Origin: Octopus sinensis
Taxonomy: Eukaryota
DNA length: 64,000 nucleotides
Assembly: GCF_006345805.1 (NCBI RefSeq)
Contig: NC_042998.1
Coordinates: 26,536,001 to 26,600,000 of the forward strand
Direction: 5' to 3'
Part shown: in pieces, positions 11,521 through 23,708 of the stretch
How positions within the stretch are numbered: the first letter of the stretch is position 1
Layout: each line of letters opens with the position of its first letter
Position numbers and translations under genes: made by a program
Notes under the pieces: generated by a model
The model's input: the letters and a program-made list of their open reading frames with translations, nothing else
Told to the model about the DNA's origin: nothing
Database searches by the model: none

Positions 11521-11875
11521 TAATTTCAGAGTCTCTTTAATTGGTTTTTCAGTGTCCCTTTTACTTGATAATGTTTATGTAGTTAAAATATCTAACTCAT
11601 CATTTTGTTAATCTAAAGTAAATTATTTAATGAGAAATTCAGGAACTTACATTTCACTTCGGGCCATACAACACATTAAAAAGAAGAATTTTTTTTAGTT
11701 CAATATGTAACCAAAGCAAAGTAAACAACCAAAATGACATACATAAAATAACGATGAATATGCATATATATATATATTTCAAATTTTCCAGATGTTTTTA
11801 TAAAGATCAATCTTACTACTCATGACTGCTTTTCCTAAGCAATGCAAACTGTAGTTTACGTACAACACTCTATAG

Positions 11876-12094
11876 CAGTGGTTTTCGACAACGGTTCTGC
11901 GGAACCTTAGGGTTTCGCCAGTACAGTCCAGGGGTTCCGCAAGAAGTTACAAAACTGCTAAAATTGGCAGTAATTTTTAATTTTTCTGTGCAGATATGTG
12001 TGCATAAGACTATTAAATTATTGCACAGGGGTTCCTCAAGCCAGTGAAATGTTTCCTTGGGGTTCCGCTCCAGCAAAAATGTTGAAAAGCACTG
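11876..12094. mobile_element. hAT (Charlie-like) MITE
   Basis: TIR CAGTGGTTTTC / GAAAAGCACTG; perfect 8-bp TSD CTCTATAG. Confidence 0.9.
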
Positions 12095-12290
12095 CTCTAT
12101 AGTTTGATCAAGACACAGTCCATCACAATTGGCAGTGTGGGTCACGCAGCTGCCACTAACTCTGGTGACTGTCACACTGAGGTTGCTCCACCCTGTGGCT
12201 GTTGTCAGATTCCAATTTAACAAAAGTTTAACCCTTCAGCATTTAAACCAACCATATCTGTCCCAAATATTCTACCTGGTTCATGTTTAA

Positions 12291-12934
12291 CTCTTTCATT
12301 ACTGTATTTATTTTGAGATGCTCTGTGTTCCTTTCAATTACGTAGGAGTGGCTGTGTGGTAAGTAGCTTGCTAACCAACCACATGGTCCCGGGTTCAGTT
12401 CCACTGCGTGGCACCTTGGGCAAGTGTCTTCTACTATAGCCTCAGGCTGACCAAAGCCTTGTGAGTGGATTTGGTAGATGGAAACTGAAAGAAGCCCGTC
12501 GTATATATGTATATATTGATATAGATATATATATATATGTGTGTGTGTGTGTATGTATATGTTTGTGTGTTTGTGTTTGTCCCTGCCAACATCGCTTGAC
12601 AACCGATGCTGGAGTGTTTAAGTCCCCGTAACTTAGCGATTTGGCAAAGAGACCAATAGAATAAGTACTAGGCTTACAAAGAATAAGTCCTGGGGTCGAT
12701 TTGCTCGACTAAAGGCGGTGCTCCAGCATGGCCACAGTCAAATGACTGAAACAAGTAAAAGAGTAAGAGTATAACAAAGAATTTAGTAAAATAACTTAGT
12801 TATCATATAAGCTGGTGTTAGGAACATAAATTGTGATTAAGGTTTGGTGGAAGGTTTTCGTTCAAAACTTTTGAAAATAAGACATTTGTACTACAGAGCC
12901 TGAACTGGTTTCAGCCTGGTTGGTAACTAAAGGA
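12291..12934. mobile_element. Second piggyBac-like MITE nested at a TTAA
   Basis: TTAA|CTCTTT...AAAGGA|TTAA; homologous to 433-660. Confidence 0.6.
12341..12770 (+). mobile_element. SINE family A, full length
   Basis: A-box TGGCTGTGTGG, B-box GGTTCAGTTCC, AAGAGT tail. Confidence 0.9.
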
Positions 12935-13619
12935 TTAAACTAACTGTATCCAACCTCTCGCACCTACTCTACAATGCCATTTTAAAACTAAATAACCTAT
13001 GAATTAATGTATTAATTCAAAACATCTGACTGAGAAATCTAAATGTTAAAGGGTTAAAATATATCATTTACCTCTTCAGTGATATTAATTGTAATATTTC
13101 ATTAATGTTATTAATATTCTTGTTGTAAATATATATTAGTGACAGCTATATATGAGTTGTTGGTGTTAGTGTTGGTAAGAGGTTGAACAGAAAACAACCT
13201 CATGGGATAGCAATGAAGATGTGTCATGATAGAAGGGAGTGATTGCTGAGTAACAGAAATGAGTGATTGTTAGTGTGAGTGATAGACATCACCTAGGAGT
13301 TGGGGAGTAAACCTGATAACGGTAGTGGGTACTGAATATAGACAAATATGAGCCATTCCTCGGTATATAGGTATTGTGACGGGAAGAAGGTGACAGGTGA
13401 TAATGGTAATGGATGATGATGGCAGAAAGATTGAATACAGACAGGTTAAATACCTTGTCTCTTTACACAGGCAGTGAGGTACAGTGAATAAGTTGGAGGA
13501 TGATTAATGATAGATAGGGCAGGAGATATTGATTTAGCAGATATACACTGGGCAAGGCCCAATCAGATATTATACAACACATCCTCTGTTATTTTAACAG
13601 TTTTGCCGTACTTGCACTT

Positions 13620-14130
13620 CTAGAGAGGTCTTTTGCAACAACTAGTGATAATCACCATCTTGCCTCGTTGACATCATCTCTTTAATGAAGTTCAACATCT
13701 TGAGGGCAGATTTCATCACTTCATCCATTGACTTTCTAAGTTTTATCTCCCACAGATTCTATTCACTTCAAGTGTTCAGCATTTCTTTATAAAACTGGCA
13801 TCTTTTATATGTATCACATGCATGTACTAGGGTAGTCTTCTCAATTGCTCTCTAGCTTTGATTCCTCTTATATCTAGCTTTTCTTAAGTCATCTGTGCTC
13901 TATCATTCCAGCTGGACACACTTCATTTCATCCCAAACATTGTAAGTCTTCCACATTCAAGGCCTAGGCCTCACTACCATACAGCAATAACAATTTGTAC
14001 CTAAGCATCATATAATCAGATCTTCAATCTAAGAGAGAAAAACCCCCTGTTGCCAGTTGAAGTGATGGTTCCCTAAACTTTTTCTACCTTGTTCTTACTC
14101 TCACTCTTATCCTTTCAGAACACCCAGATC
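13620..14130 (-). pseudogene. Decayed RTE-clade ORF fragment
   Basis: GCSERIRVRVR..KKFRE..LATGGFSLRLK..LYDA resembles the RTE region after the RT domain. Confidence 0.55.
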
Positions 14131-14957
14131 TTTTCTAGAAGTTTCTATGTCCATTTATTAGTTTGAAAACATCTTACAAAATCAATGTGAACTTTTATGT
14201 CTAATTTGGGAAATTATGGAATATATTTTTTACATATATTTGTGGGTCAATTTTTTTGTAACACTTGAAATTTACAGATTATACATACAAGAGACTTTTA
14301 CTTTATATAACCCATATATATATATATATATAGATCTTCATAAATATGGAGAAGTTCTCAAGTAGTTTTACCATGTAGCACCTTGAAAGAGTGTCTTCTA
14401 CTATAGCCACCTTTGTCTCCAACCACCACTTTACAATGGTTAATTTAAGTCACTAAGGTAATAAAAGCTATCAACTCTGTCTAATCAACATTCTGAACAC
14501 TCTAAGGAACTTATTCTGCATGTATTCCTACAGCTAACTACTCTTGTGCATCTACTACAAAGACCACTTCCTCTGTCATCCTGCCTATGATCTCATTGCA
14601 TTATTTGTGCATTCATAGATTATACTGGATTCATCAAATGGAATTTTTACCTGCTCTTTTACATATTGCTCATGGCAACAAGATGCTATCATCTTCCCTT
14701 CTTGTTAAAATTTAAACTACGGTTTTAAAATTATCTAAGTTTACTTTCTTAAGTTTCCTAAATTTACTTTGAGGTCTGAAAATTATTTTATTTGCTAAAA
14801 AAAGTCTGAAACCATGGTCCAGGAGATAGATAGTAAATGTTTTTATTTTTCATTCCTTTCAAAGTTTATCCGTAATGGTGGTTTGGATTTTAGCTGTTTC
14901 TTCCAGCGTGCAAGGAATCCTATCACGGATGCCTCTTATGTGTTTAAATGTACACTG

Positions 14958-14988
<31 letters not shown>

Positions 14989-15292
14989 GTCATCATCATC
15001 ATCGTTTAACATCCGTTTTCCATGCTAGCATGGGTTGGACGGTTCAACTGGGGTCTGGGAAGCCAGAAGGCTGCACCAGGCCCAGTCTGATCTGGCAGTG
15101 TTTTTACGACTGGATGCCCTTCCTAACGCCAACCACTCCGTGAGTGTAGTGTGTGCTTTTTACATGCCACCTGCACAGGGGCTAGACGAGGCTGGCAACG
15201 GCCACAATCGGATGGTGCATTTTACGTGCCACCGGCACGGAGGCCAGTCGGGACGGCGCTGGCAACGGCCATGTTCAGATGGTTCTCTTACG
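14989..15292 (-). mobile_element. Family C RTE 3' end
   Basis: (CAT)n plus CCATGCTAGCATGG consensus. Confidence 0.8.
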
Positions 15293-15322
15293 ATATATAT
15301 ATATATATAAATCTTTTAAATC

Positions 15323-15632
15323 TGGCACTCCGTCAGTTACGACAATGAGGGTTCCAGTTGATCCGACCAACGGAACAGCTTGCTTGTAAAATTAATGTGC
15401 AAGTGGCTGAGCACTCCACAGACATGCATACCCTTAATTTAGTTCTCAGGGAGATTCTGCATGACAGAATATGACAAGACTGGCTCTTTGAATGGACTGG
15501 AATGGACTGGCAGTTGTGTGGACTGGAACAATGTGAAGTGTCTTGCTCAAGGACACAGCATGTTGCCAGGAATTGAACTCATGACCTTACGATTGTGAGC
15601 CAAATACCCTGACCTCTAAGCCACATTCCTTT
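15323..15632 (-). mobile_element. tRNA/CORE SINE family E
   Basis: Reverse of CCTTGAGCAAGACAC box and GTCTGTGGAGTGCTCAGCCAC 3' module. Confidence 0.7.
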
Positions 15633-15634
15633 AC

Positions 15635-15669
<35 letters not shown>

Positions 15670-15676
15670 TATATAT

Positions 15677-15842
15677 AGGCGTAGGAGTGGCTGTGTGGTA
15701 AGTAGCTTGCTAACCAACCACATGGTTCCGGGTTCAGTCCCACTGCGTGGCATCTTGGGCAAGTGTCTTCTGCTATAGCCCCGGGCTGACCAATGCCTTG
15801 TGAGTGGATTTGGTAGACGGAAACTGAAAGAAGCCTGTCGTA

Positions 15843-15881
<39 letters not shown>

Positions 15882-16112
15882 TTGTGTGTCTGTGTTTGTC
15901 CCCCTAGCATTGCTTGACAACTGATGCTGGTGTGTTTACATCCCCGTCACTTAGCAGTTCGGCAAAAGAGACCGATAGAATAAGTACTGGGCTTACAAAG
16001 AATAAGTCCTGGGCTTACAAAGAATAAGTCCTGGGGTCGATTTGCTCGACTAAAGGCGGTGCTCCGGCATGGCCGCAGTCAAATGACTGAAACAAGTAAA
16101 AGAGTAAAGAGT
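15677..16112 (+). mobile_element. SINE family A, full length
   Basis: Consensus; internal duplication of GGGCTTACAAAGAATAAGTCCT. Confidence 0.9.
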
Positions 16113-16945
16113 ATATACGTGTGAATAGATGCTTCATAAATTTATAACTTTGTGTATGAGTGTGTATGCGTTTATGTGTGTTTGTGTCAGTGTATGCATG
16201 TGTTTTCCAATTTATTCTGGGTCCCTAGTTCAACTGCATCATTTACACCATGACAAATCTGACAAAGGAAAATAACAGCGAGGGTGCCCTCTTTTTTTTT
16301 ATTTATTTTTTTGTTACCCTTAAACGTGTGCGTATTTTAGTTAGTTCTTAATCTGAGCCTGCAGACAATAACTATTGAATTAGTGCCAGATATTACAGAC
16401 AAATGGTAAATCAATGATTAATATATTAAAACTATGGCAAAGGTGGTGGTGGGGGGGGGAGAGTCACCATCACCACCGTCGCCACCTTCGTCTTCATGGA
16501 GGTTAAAACGAAGATGACCAACAAAGACAATGAACCAGCCATATAAACAATAGTCTGTTGATTTAATTGATATGTTTTGAAGCACAAGAATTTGGCAGAA
16601 TTAATATAAATAATTAACATCTTTTAATTTTGTTTTGTAAAACTAATTACGAAAAGTTATTAATAAATATATTCATCTTAATAAATTAAATATTTTCGTT
16701 GCAATACATTACAAGAAGCTAACAGCTTATCATGTTTGTTTGTTCTTCTTTTCACATCTTTGTAATACTTGATATTTACAGATCATACAGGCAAGAGACT
16801 TCTATTTCATATACCCTGCGTACATGCGGTCTTCATAAATAAGAAGTCCTCAAGCATAAAGTATTCAATAATGTAATTCAAGGTGCAAGACAAAGCAAAT
16901 AATACAAAATTTTCATGGAAACTAAAATAACCATGTGTGTGTGTA

Positions 16946-17370
16946 CATCATCATCATTTAACGTCCGCTTTCCATGCTAGCATGGGTTGGACGGTTCAAC
17001 TGGGGTCTGGGGAGCCCGAAGGCTGCACCAGGTCAGTCAGATCTGGCAGTGTTTCTACAGCTGGATGCCCTTCCTAACGCCAACCACTCCGAGAGTGTAG
17101 TGGGTGATTTTATGTGCCACCGACACAGGTGCCAGACGAGGCTGGCGAACGGCCACGCTCGGATGGTGCTTTTTATGTGCCACCGACACAGGTGCCAGAT
17201 GAGGCTGGCGAACGGCCACGATCGGATGGTGTTTGTTACGTGCCCACAGCATGGAGGCCAGTCAATGCGGTACTGGCTACGGCCACGTTCGGATGGTTTA
17301 CTTGTGTGCCACCGGCACTGGTACCACAAAGATACAAATTCCATTGATGTTCATCTATTTTGATTTGTTT
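16946..17370 (-). mobile_element. Family C RTE 3' end
   Basis: Consensus with 3-4 tandem units. Confidence 0.8.
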
Positions 17371-17556
17371 TGTATATATGCATATTCATTTTTATACAAG
17401 AATGTTGTTGACAGTGACTCCGAAGTTTTGGCCAGCCAAGTCATAGTCAAACTGCAGTTTAACGATGGCTTAGCTGACTGAGGTGGTGGTAGTGCGGGTC
17501 ACCACCAGCACCACTACCTTTGCTATAGTTTTAACATATTAATCATTTATTTATCA

Positions 17557-17941
17557 CTAGCAGTATTGCTCGGGTTTGTAAGGGAAATAACTATATAAGC
17601 ATTTTTAGAGATGTAAAGTATAATAGCCATCTCAATATGGCTAACCACAAAGTGGGGTGTTACTGTAGCTTTTTACGTTCTGAGATTTAATAATACATTT
17701 TTAGAGAGTTACTTCCCTTATATATGCCAAAAATGCATTAAAAATGGGAAAAAATGATGGTAAATTTTTTTTTAAATCGCAGACTCATCGTAGACGCGCG
17801 CTAATACCCAGAAGGGCTCGATATGAATCACGACTATAAGACACCCGCTTTTGGTTAAACTGCACCGCAAAATGTGGGAGTAGTTAGGAATCTAAATCGT
17901 AGGAGACAGACACCACACAACCTCACTTTTATATATATAGA
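17557..17941 (-). mobile_element. Non-autonomous Helitron
   Basis: Minus strand A|TCTATATATATAAAAGTGAGGTTG...CCCGAGCAATACTGCTAG|T; no TSD. Confidence 0.8.
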
Positions 17942-18141
17942 TTTGTCTGATTATAATGCCTAAAACTAATTTAATGGTTATTATCTGCGGGCTTAGATTA
18001 GAACCTGGTGCAGCTCCCTGCCTTACCAATTTTCAGTCAAACCATCCAACACATGCCTGCATGGAAAGCAGATAGTAAACGATGATGAGGGTAATGATGA
18101 AATTAAATGAATTGAATGGCTCCGAGATGAAATTATGAATG

Positions 18142-18735
18142 CAAGTATGGCTGTGTGGTTAAGAAGTTTCCTTCCCAGCCACATGGTTTTGGGTTCTGTC
18201 CCTCTGCATGGCACCTTGGGCAAGTGTCTTCTGCTACAGTGCTGGGCTGACTAATCCATTGTGATTGAATTTGGTAGTGGAAAATAGTGTCGATGCTCAT
18301 TTTGTGAGTGTATGTGTGTGTGTGCATGCATGTGTGAGTGAGTGTGTGTGCATGCGTGTGTTTGTGTGCACATGTATGTGTGTATGTGTCTTTGTATTTG
18401 TCCTGTTCTACATGGCTCAGTGGTTAGAGTACTCATGAGTTCAATACCTGTTGTATCCTTGAGCAGGACACTTAACATCACGTTACTCCAGTCCACTCAG
18501 CTGGCAAAAATGAGTTGTACCTGCAATACAAAGGACCAGTTTTGTCATACTGAATCTCCTTGAGAACTACATTAAAGGTATGTGTGTCTGTGGAGTGCTC
18601 AGCCACTTACACGCTGATTTCACAGGCTGGCTGTTTCATTGATTGGACCAATAGATTTGGTAGATTCCATCTACCAAACCCACTACTCAAGTGAGTGCCC
18701 TAGCATGGCCACAGTTTAATGACACAAGCAAGAAA
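18142..18735 (+). mobile_element. Degenerate family A copy with a family E SINE (18410-18652) inside
   Basis: A head 18142-18300; E head CATGGCTCAGTGGTTAGAG; A tail about 18690-18735. Confidence 0.6.
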
Positions 18736-18858
18736 AAGCTAAGATCTGTTTCCTACAAAACTAACTACTTTCTTATAGTCATTGTACCAGAAACTCAGTT
18801 AATATCACCAAAGGTGTATTGGCAAAAATCTTTTAAAAAATCAGACACAATGCTTATA

Positions 18859-19253
18859 TCTCTCTATATATAAAGCTGAAGTTGTCTGTGTATGGCAGGT
18901 TTGGTAGCCTTCAACTAACACTATCTCCTCCGAGACCCTACGGCGCAAGTTGACCAAGATTGAGAGTATGATAGAAGAAGGCTTGCTCTTCCTTCCGTAG
19001 AAGAAAAAAAATTCAAATCGGACCATGTTAACACCAAAAATTATTTACATCAAAAAGGTGCTTTTTTTCTATGAAAATCCCTATTTTTTTACGATTTTTT
19101 GACTGCTGTGTCGCCATTTTTCAGTGTATTTCAACCAGAAAAATGTTCAATTAAAGAGAATAACAAGCTACATAATGCAAAATTTTTACTTTTCAAAAAT
19201 TCCAATTCTAAAGGGTCGAAACAAACCCGAGCAATGCCAGTCAATACTGCTAG
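18859..19253 (+). mobile_element. Non-autonomous Helitron
   Basis: A|TC...CTAG|T termini; near-identical to 27587-27966. Confidence 0.85.
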
Positions 19254-19961
19254 TCTCTTTATTTGCTGAAAGCTCTATTTATTGTGAGTTCAAATCCCAC
19301 ATCATAATTATTGAACCTCCACTCTTTCATGGTTGCATATTGTTGTTAGACAGAATTTGTTGAAGCAAATTTTCTACGGCCAGATGCTCTTCCTGTCACT
19401 AACCTTCACCTGTTTCAAAGCAAGGTATCATTTCCCAATGTTTTTTTTTTTTTTTATGCAATGCTGGAAATGAACACCACCACTTGTTTGACAGGGAAGC
19501 TTGTTTACAGCCATCACATGATATCAAGATGAGGGCAGGATATATACAAAAACAACACACATGTGCACTCTCTTACACATGCACACTCTCTTACACACGC
19601 ACACAAATGTGTGTGTGTGTGTGTGTGAGATGGGCTTATTTTAGTTTTCATCCACAAAATCCACTACTCACAAAGCTTTGGTCAGCCCATGGCTATAGTA
19701 GAAGATGCTTGAATCAGGTGCCATACAGTGAGACTGAACCCAGGATCACATGGCTAACAACAAGCAAGCTGAAAAGAAACTGCTTTGTGCCTCCAAGATC
19801 AATTATGTCTCTCATCCTCCTGGGGTTGATAAAATAAGCATCAGTCAAGTGCAAGTGTCAATCTAATCAACTGTTTCTTTCCTCCAAATTTTGACCTCTA
19901 TGCATGTGTAACAAAAAATCAATATCACAAAAATAGGACACCGTATTTATTAATTTGTCAA

Positions 19962-20170
19962 GATGGCGAGCTGGAAGAATCATTAACATGCCAGGAAAAT
20001 GCTTAGCTGTATTTCTTCCGTCTTTACATTCTGAGTTCGAATACTGCTGAGGTCGATTTTGCCTTTCTTTTGGGCGTTAATGAAATATGCACCATTTGAA
20101 CACAGAGGTCAATGTAAGTGACTTACCCCTTCCCCCAAATCTGCTGGCCCTCTACCAAAATCTGAAATCA
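19962..20170 (+). mobile_element. SINE family B, old copy
   Basis: GGCGAGCTGGAAGAATC...GAGTTCGAAT...GTCGATTTTGCCTTTC. Confidence 0.65.
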
Positions 20171-21384
20171 ATATTTACTAATTTGTCAGAAAGAAGATTA
20201 AGGGTCAATACTTGATTGCTGAGTTTAATGAAAATTAATACAGTTTTTAAAAATAATTATTTTACGTTTGCCCAATTTTTCCTAGTTGCCATAAATGGAA
20301 TAGATTCTACTACGTTGGATATTCGCTAATTGCCAGAGCAGTTACTTTTGTAGCCAAATACAATTCCCTCAGCTGCAAAGCTGCAACACACCATTCTGTC
20401 AGGAACGTAAACTAACACAAGCAAAATCATCTTGATATCATATGTGTGTGTGTTTGTTTCTAGCTATCCTGCCCCTGTCTTGATATCATGTGATAGCTGT
20501 AAAAAGTGATGTTATGCATTTCCAGTTTTGAGAGCAAGGCATATATAACTGGCTGTATGAAGGATTTTGAGATGCCCCTTTAAGTAAAAGATGGAAACAC
20601 ATGAACAGGAAAGGAGACCCAGTCCATGGGTACTAAAAAAATGAAATTTCTCACCTTATCTCTTGTTTTTATTTTTGATTCTGGTTTACATATAAATCCT
20701 TAAAAATGTATTAGCCCGAAGGCCGCGGCCATGCTGGGGCACCACCGCTGAAACATTAACTGACGTACTCTTAGCAACATACTAACTCAGAAAATGTTTT
20801 GTGTGGGAGGTGTTTAGTTTGACACTATCACATGGTCTTCTAATATCCTTAACAGAAGTTACTCTAATACAAGCATTAGACCAAACTCTTTGGTTCTCTT
20901 CCTTCTGTGCAAGTTTTTCCAACAAGATATCCCTACTGGACACCGACCACATTATTCTGACCAGTCTGAGAAGACTCAAAAAGAGGCATTGTCATTGTTC
21001 TTTTTATTCTAATTTTCAACAAAATATTAAACTACAGTGATACCCCGCAGTACGAGTTTAATTCGTTCCATGACCGAGCTTGTCTTACAATTTACTCGTT
21101 TTACAAATCAGTTTTTCCCATTGAAATTAACTAAAATATATTTACGGTGTACCCCCAGTGGAAACCACCACATATTCATGGAATTGTAAATATCATTTGC
21201 AATTTTTTATGACTTCTTTCATGCCAATCTCTCTCTCTCTCTCTCTCTCTTATTATTATTATTATAGTACAGATTACTGTATCTAGTGGTAATACAAACT
21301 AAATTTTCAAAACCATGATTATTTTTAATCTCTGCTCAATCTTCTATTGGTGGTATGTGCATATTAGACACAAGAAAGATTTTG

Positions 21385-22157
21385 TACGTTGAGTTCCTCG
21401 CTGCTAACACCACCTCCCTCATTCAGCCTATGGATCAAGGTGTGATTCCTGTACCTTCAAGGCACTTTACATTCAGAACTCTCTCCAACACCTTGTGGAC
21501 ACAATGGATTCAAACAAGAATTTCAAATTAAAGGAGTACTGGCATAATTTCACAATTGCAACGTACTTGTCAGTCATCCATGCTGCTCTTAAAGACAGGA
21601 TAAAGAAACCTCATCGCATGCTGGAAGAAGGTGTGGCCAGAGCGTGTCCAGGACTATGAGGGCTTCTCACCTGAAGATATTCAGCATGAGGCTGTCAAGA
21701 ATGCAGTGAAACTGGCAAAGGTACTTGGAAGCGAAGATTTTGATGACATCACGCAAGATGAGGTCAAACAATCTCATCGATGCCCACTCTGAAATCCTGA
21801 TAGACGAAGATTTGTTAGAGTGAAACTAAGTCTGCCAGCGAAGAGGAGGAAGAAGCATCAGGTCTAGAGGAGGATGAGGTAGGCATTACCATCAAACATC
21901 TGTCTGACCTTTTAAGGGCAACAAAGGAATTACAAGGGAAGGCGGAAGCATGGGATCTCCACATGGTTCAGTCTCTCCAACTTAAAAATGCCATTGATGC
22001 TGCCATGCAGACATATAAAACTCTCCTCACCACCATGAAGAAACAATGACAGCAACTTCCTATCACACTGTTCCTCAACCCCACCAAGAAAACCTTGCAG
22101 GAAGATATGACATCCCCTAAAACACCTGAAGAAGAGGTGTCACCTGAAGAGTTTTAA
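21385..22157 (+). pseudogene. Tigger/TIGD-like DDE_1 transposase C-terminal half, disrupted
   Basis: EFLAANTTSLIQPMDQGVI / FKALY..KEYWHNFTI..CWKKVWPE..FDDITQDEV, with frameshifts and stops. Confidence 0.85.
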
Positions 22158-22273
22158 ATCTTTGCTGTATAGTCATTACTTCATTATTTTCATCATCATC
22201 ATCTTAAATCAATATTATTCATTATTGATGAGTAACCATACATTTTAATTTATTTTTTATTAAATTATTATTA

Positions 22274-22306
<33 letters not shown>

Positions 22307-22309
<3 letters not shown>

Positions 22310-22604
22310 CATCATCGTTTAACGTCTGCTTTCCATGCTAGTATGGGTTGGACGGTTTGACTGAGGACTGGCGAACCAGATGGCTGCACCAGGCTCCAAT
22401 CTTGATCTGGCAGTGTTTCTACAGCTGGATGCCCTTCCTAACTCCAACTACTCTGAGAGTGTAGTAGGTGCTTTTATGTGCAACCGGCACGAGGGCCAGT
22501 CAGGCAGTACAGGCAACAGCCATGAAAAAATTGTGTTTTTTTACGTGTCATCTGCACACCAGCACAAGTGCCAGTAAGGCGATGCTGGTAACAATCACAC
22601 TCAA
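22307..22604 (-). mobile_element. Family C RTE 3' end
   Basis: Consensus, inserted in (TA)n. Confidence 0.8.
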
Positions 22605-23263
22605 ATATATATATATATATATAATATTTTACGTTATATTTTGACATTATAGGCATTTTTATGGACCATGTCCAGTATTTGCAGTTTTTCATTATTCATG
22701 GGTGCATTAGAAACATAACCCCCAACAAATATTAGGGGACTACTGTATTCTGTTCCAGGCCTGAAAAACCACTCAAAGATAATTTTTATTTGTTTTAAAA
22801 CAGAAAAGATGTCGTTAAAAGCAAAATGACAATTATAAAAAAGAGAATGCAGAAGAAATATGTAAAGTGCTTTTATTAAGTGAATCACCTTAAAGATGAG
22901 ACAATTTGTGTGTTCGTACTGCTCGTACTTCAAGACAAAAATTCACACGAGTCTCGGCTTGTACAGCAAATTACTCGTAGAGTGGAGCACTCGTGCTGTG
23001 TGGTTCTACTGTGCTGATCAACATTCAGTAAAAATAGTTACTAGACAAAGTGAAAGCATATCTGTGTGTTTTGAAAGTTTCCTTTGGAATCCTGTGCCTC
23101 CACATCTGATCCCATGATGCTTCACTTTCACCAAGTGTTTTCTATGATAGCTTAAAGTTGTCCTCAGCTGCCATGTAAGGGAAATTACAAAATAGGGTAG
23201 ACAGGAATTGTATGGAAGCTAATCAAACAGGCAGTAGACTTAATGGGTCTCTGGTTTTAATAC

Positions 23264-23495
23264 TTGTTTCTTTACTACCCAGAAGGGGCTAAACATAGAG
23301 GGGACAAACAAGGACAGACAAATGGATTAAGTCGATTATATCGATCCCAGTGCGTAACTGGTACTTAATTTATCGACCCCGAAAGGATGAAAGGCATAGT
23401 TGACTTTGGCGGAATTTGAACTCAGAATGTAGCGGCAGACGAAATACCGCTAAGCATTTCGCCTGGCATTCTAACTATTCTACCAGCTCGCTGCG
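23264..23495 (-). mobile_element. SINE family B, full length
   Basis: 12-bp TSD TGGTTTTAATAC. Confidence 0.9.
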
Positions 23496-23651
23496 TGGTT
23501 TTAATACCACCATCAGGATATCTTTATCAGTGTCCGTTGTGTTTCGAGTATTCATAGCAGTGCCTTCCAGCATAAAGATACAAGATATTTTGATGTCCTA
23601 CTTCCAACTATGACAACTCAAAAATTGTTGTGTCTTCCTCTCTTTTCATAC

Positions 23652-23708
23652 CAGTCTTGGAGACTTTCTAGAAAGGTCATGGACACTATTCTTTGTCTTT
23701 TGATTAAG
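23652..23708 (-). other. Candidate 57-nt exon, unverified
   Basis: T-rich tract TTATTTATAG| and |GTATGA; phase 0 LNQKTKNSVHDLSRKSPRL. Confidence 0.3.

Larger units (their letters stand above)
12232..13053. mobile_element. piggyBac-like MITE (family of 6663) hosting nested elements
   Basis: TTAA|CCCTTCAGCATTTAAACC...TAAAGGG|TTAA. Confidence 0.7.
16344..18004. mobile_element. Old element with long (about 130-bp) terminal inverted repeats
   Basis: 16344-16470 pairs with 17490-17556 plus 17942-18004; right arm split by a Helitron. Confidence 0.6.
21035..23011. mobile_element. Tigger/pogo-like composite
   Basis: TA|CAGTGATACCCCGCAGTACGAG pairs with CTCGTGCTGTGTGGTTCTACTG; second terminus GGGGACTACTG|TA ending at 22745. 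Confidence 0.55.

Noticed and set aside
14651-14775. Minus-strand AG..GT segment (similar one near 30497-30572)
   Set aside because: Stops in all three frames; a non-coding exon cannot be excluded without RNA data.
20782-20990. Overlapping 65/79-aa ORFs
   Set aside because: No splice context or recognisable domain; at most a faint RTE C-terminal resemblance.
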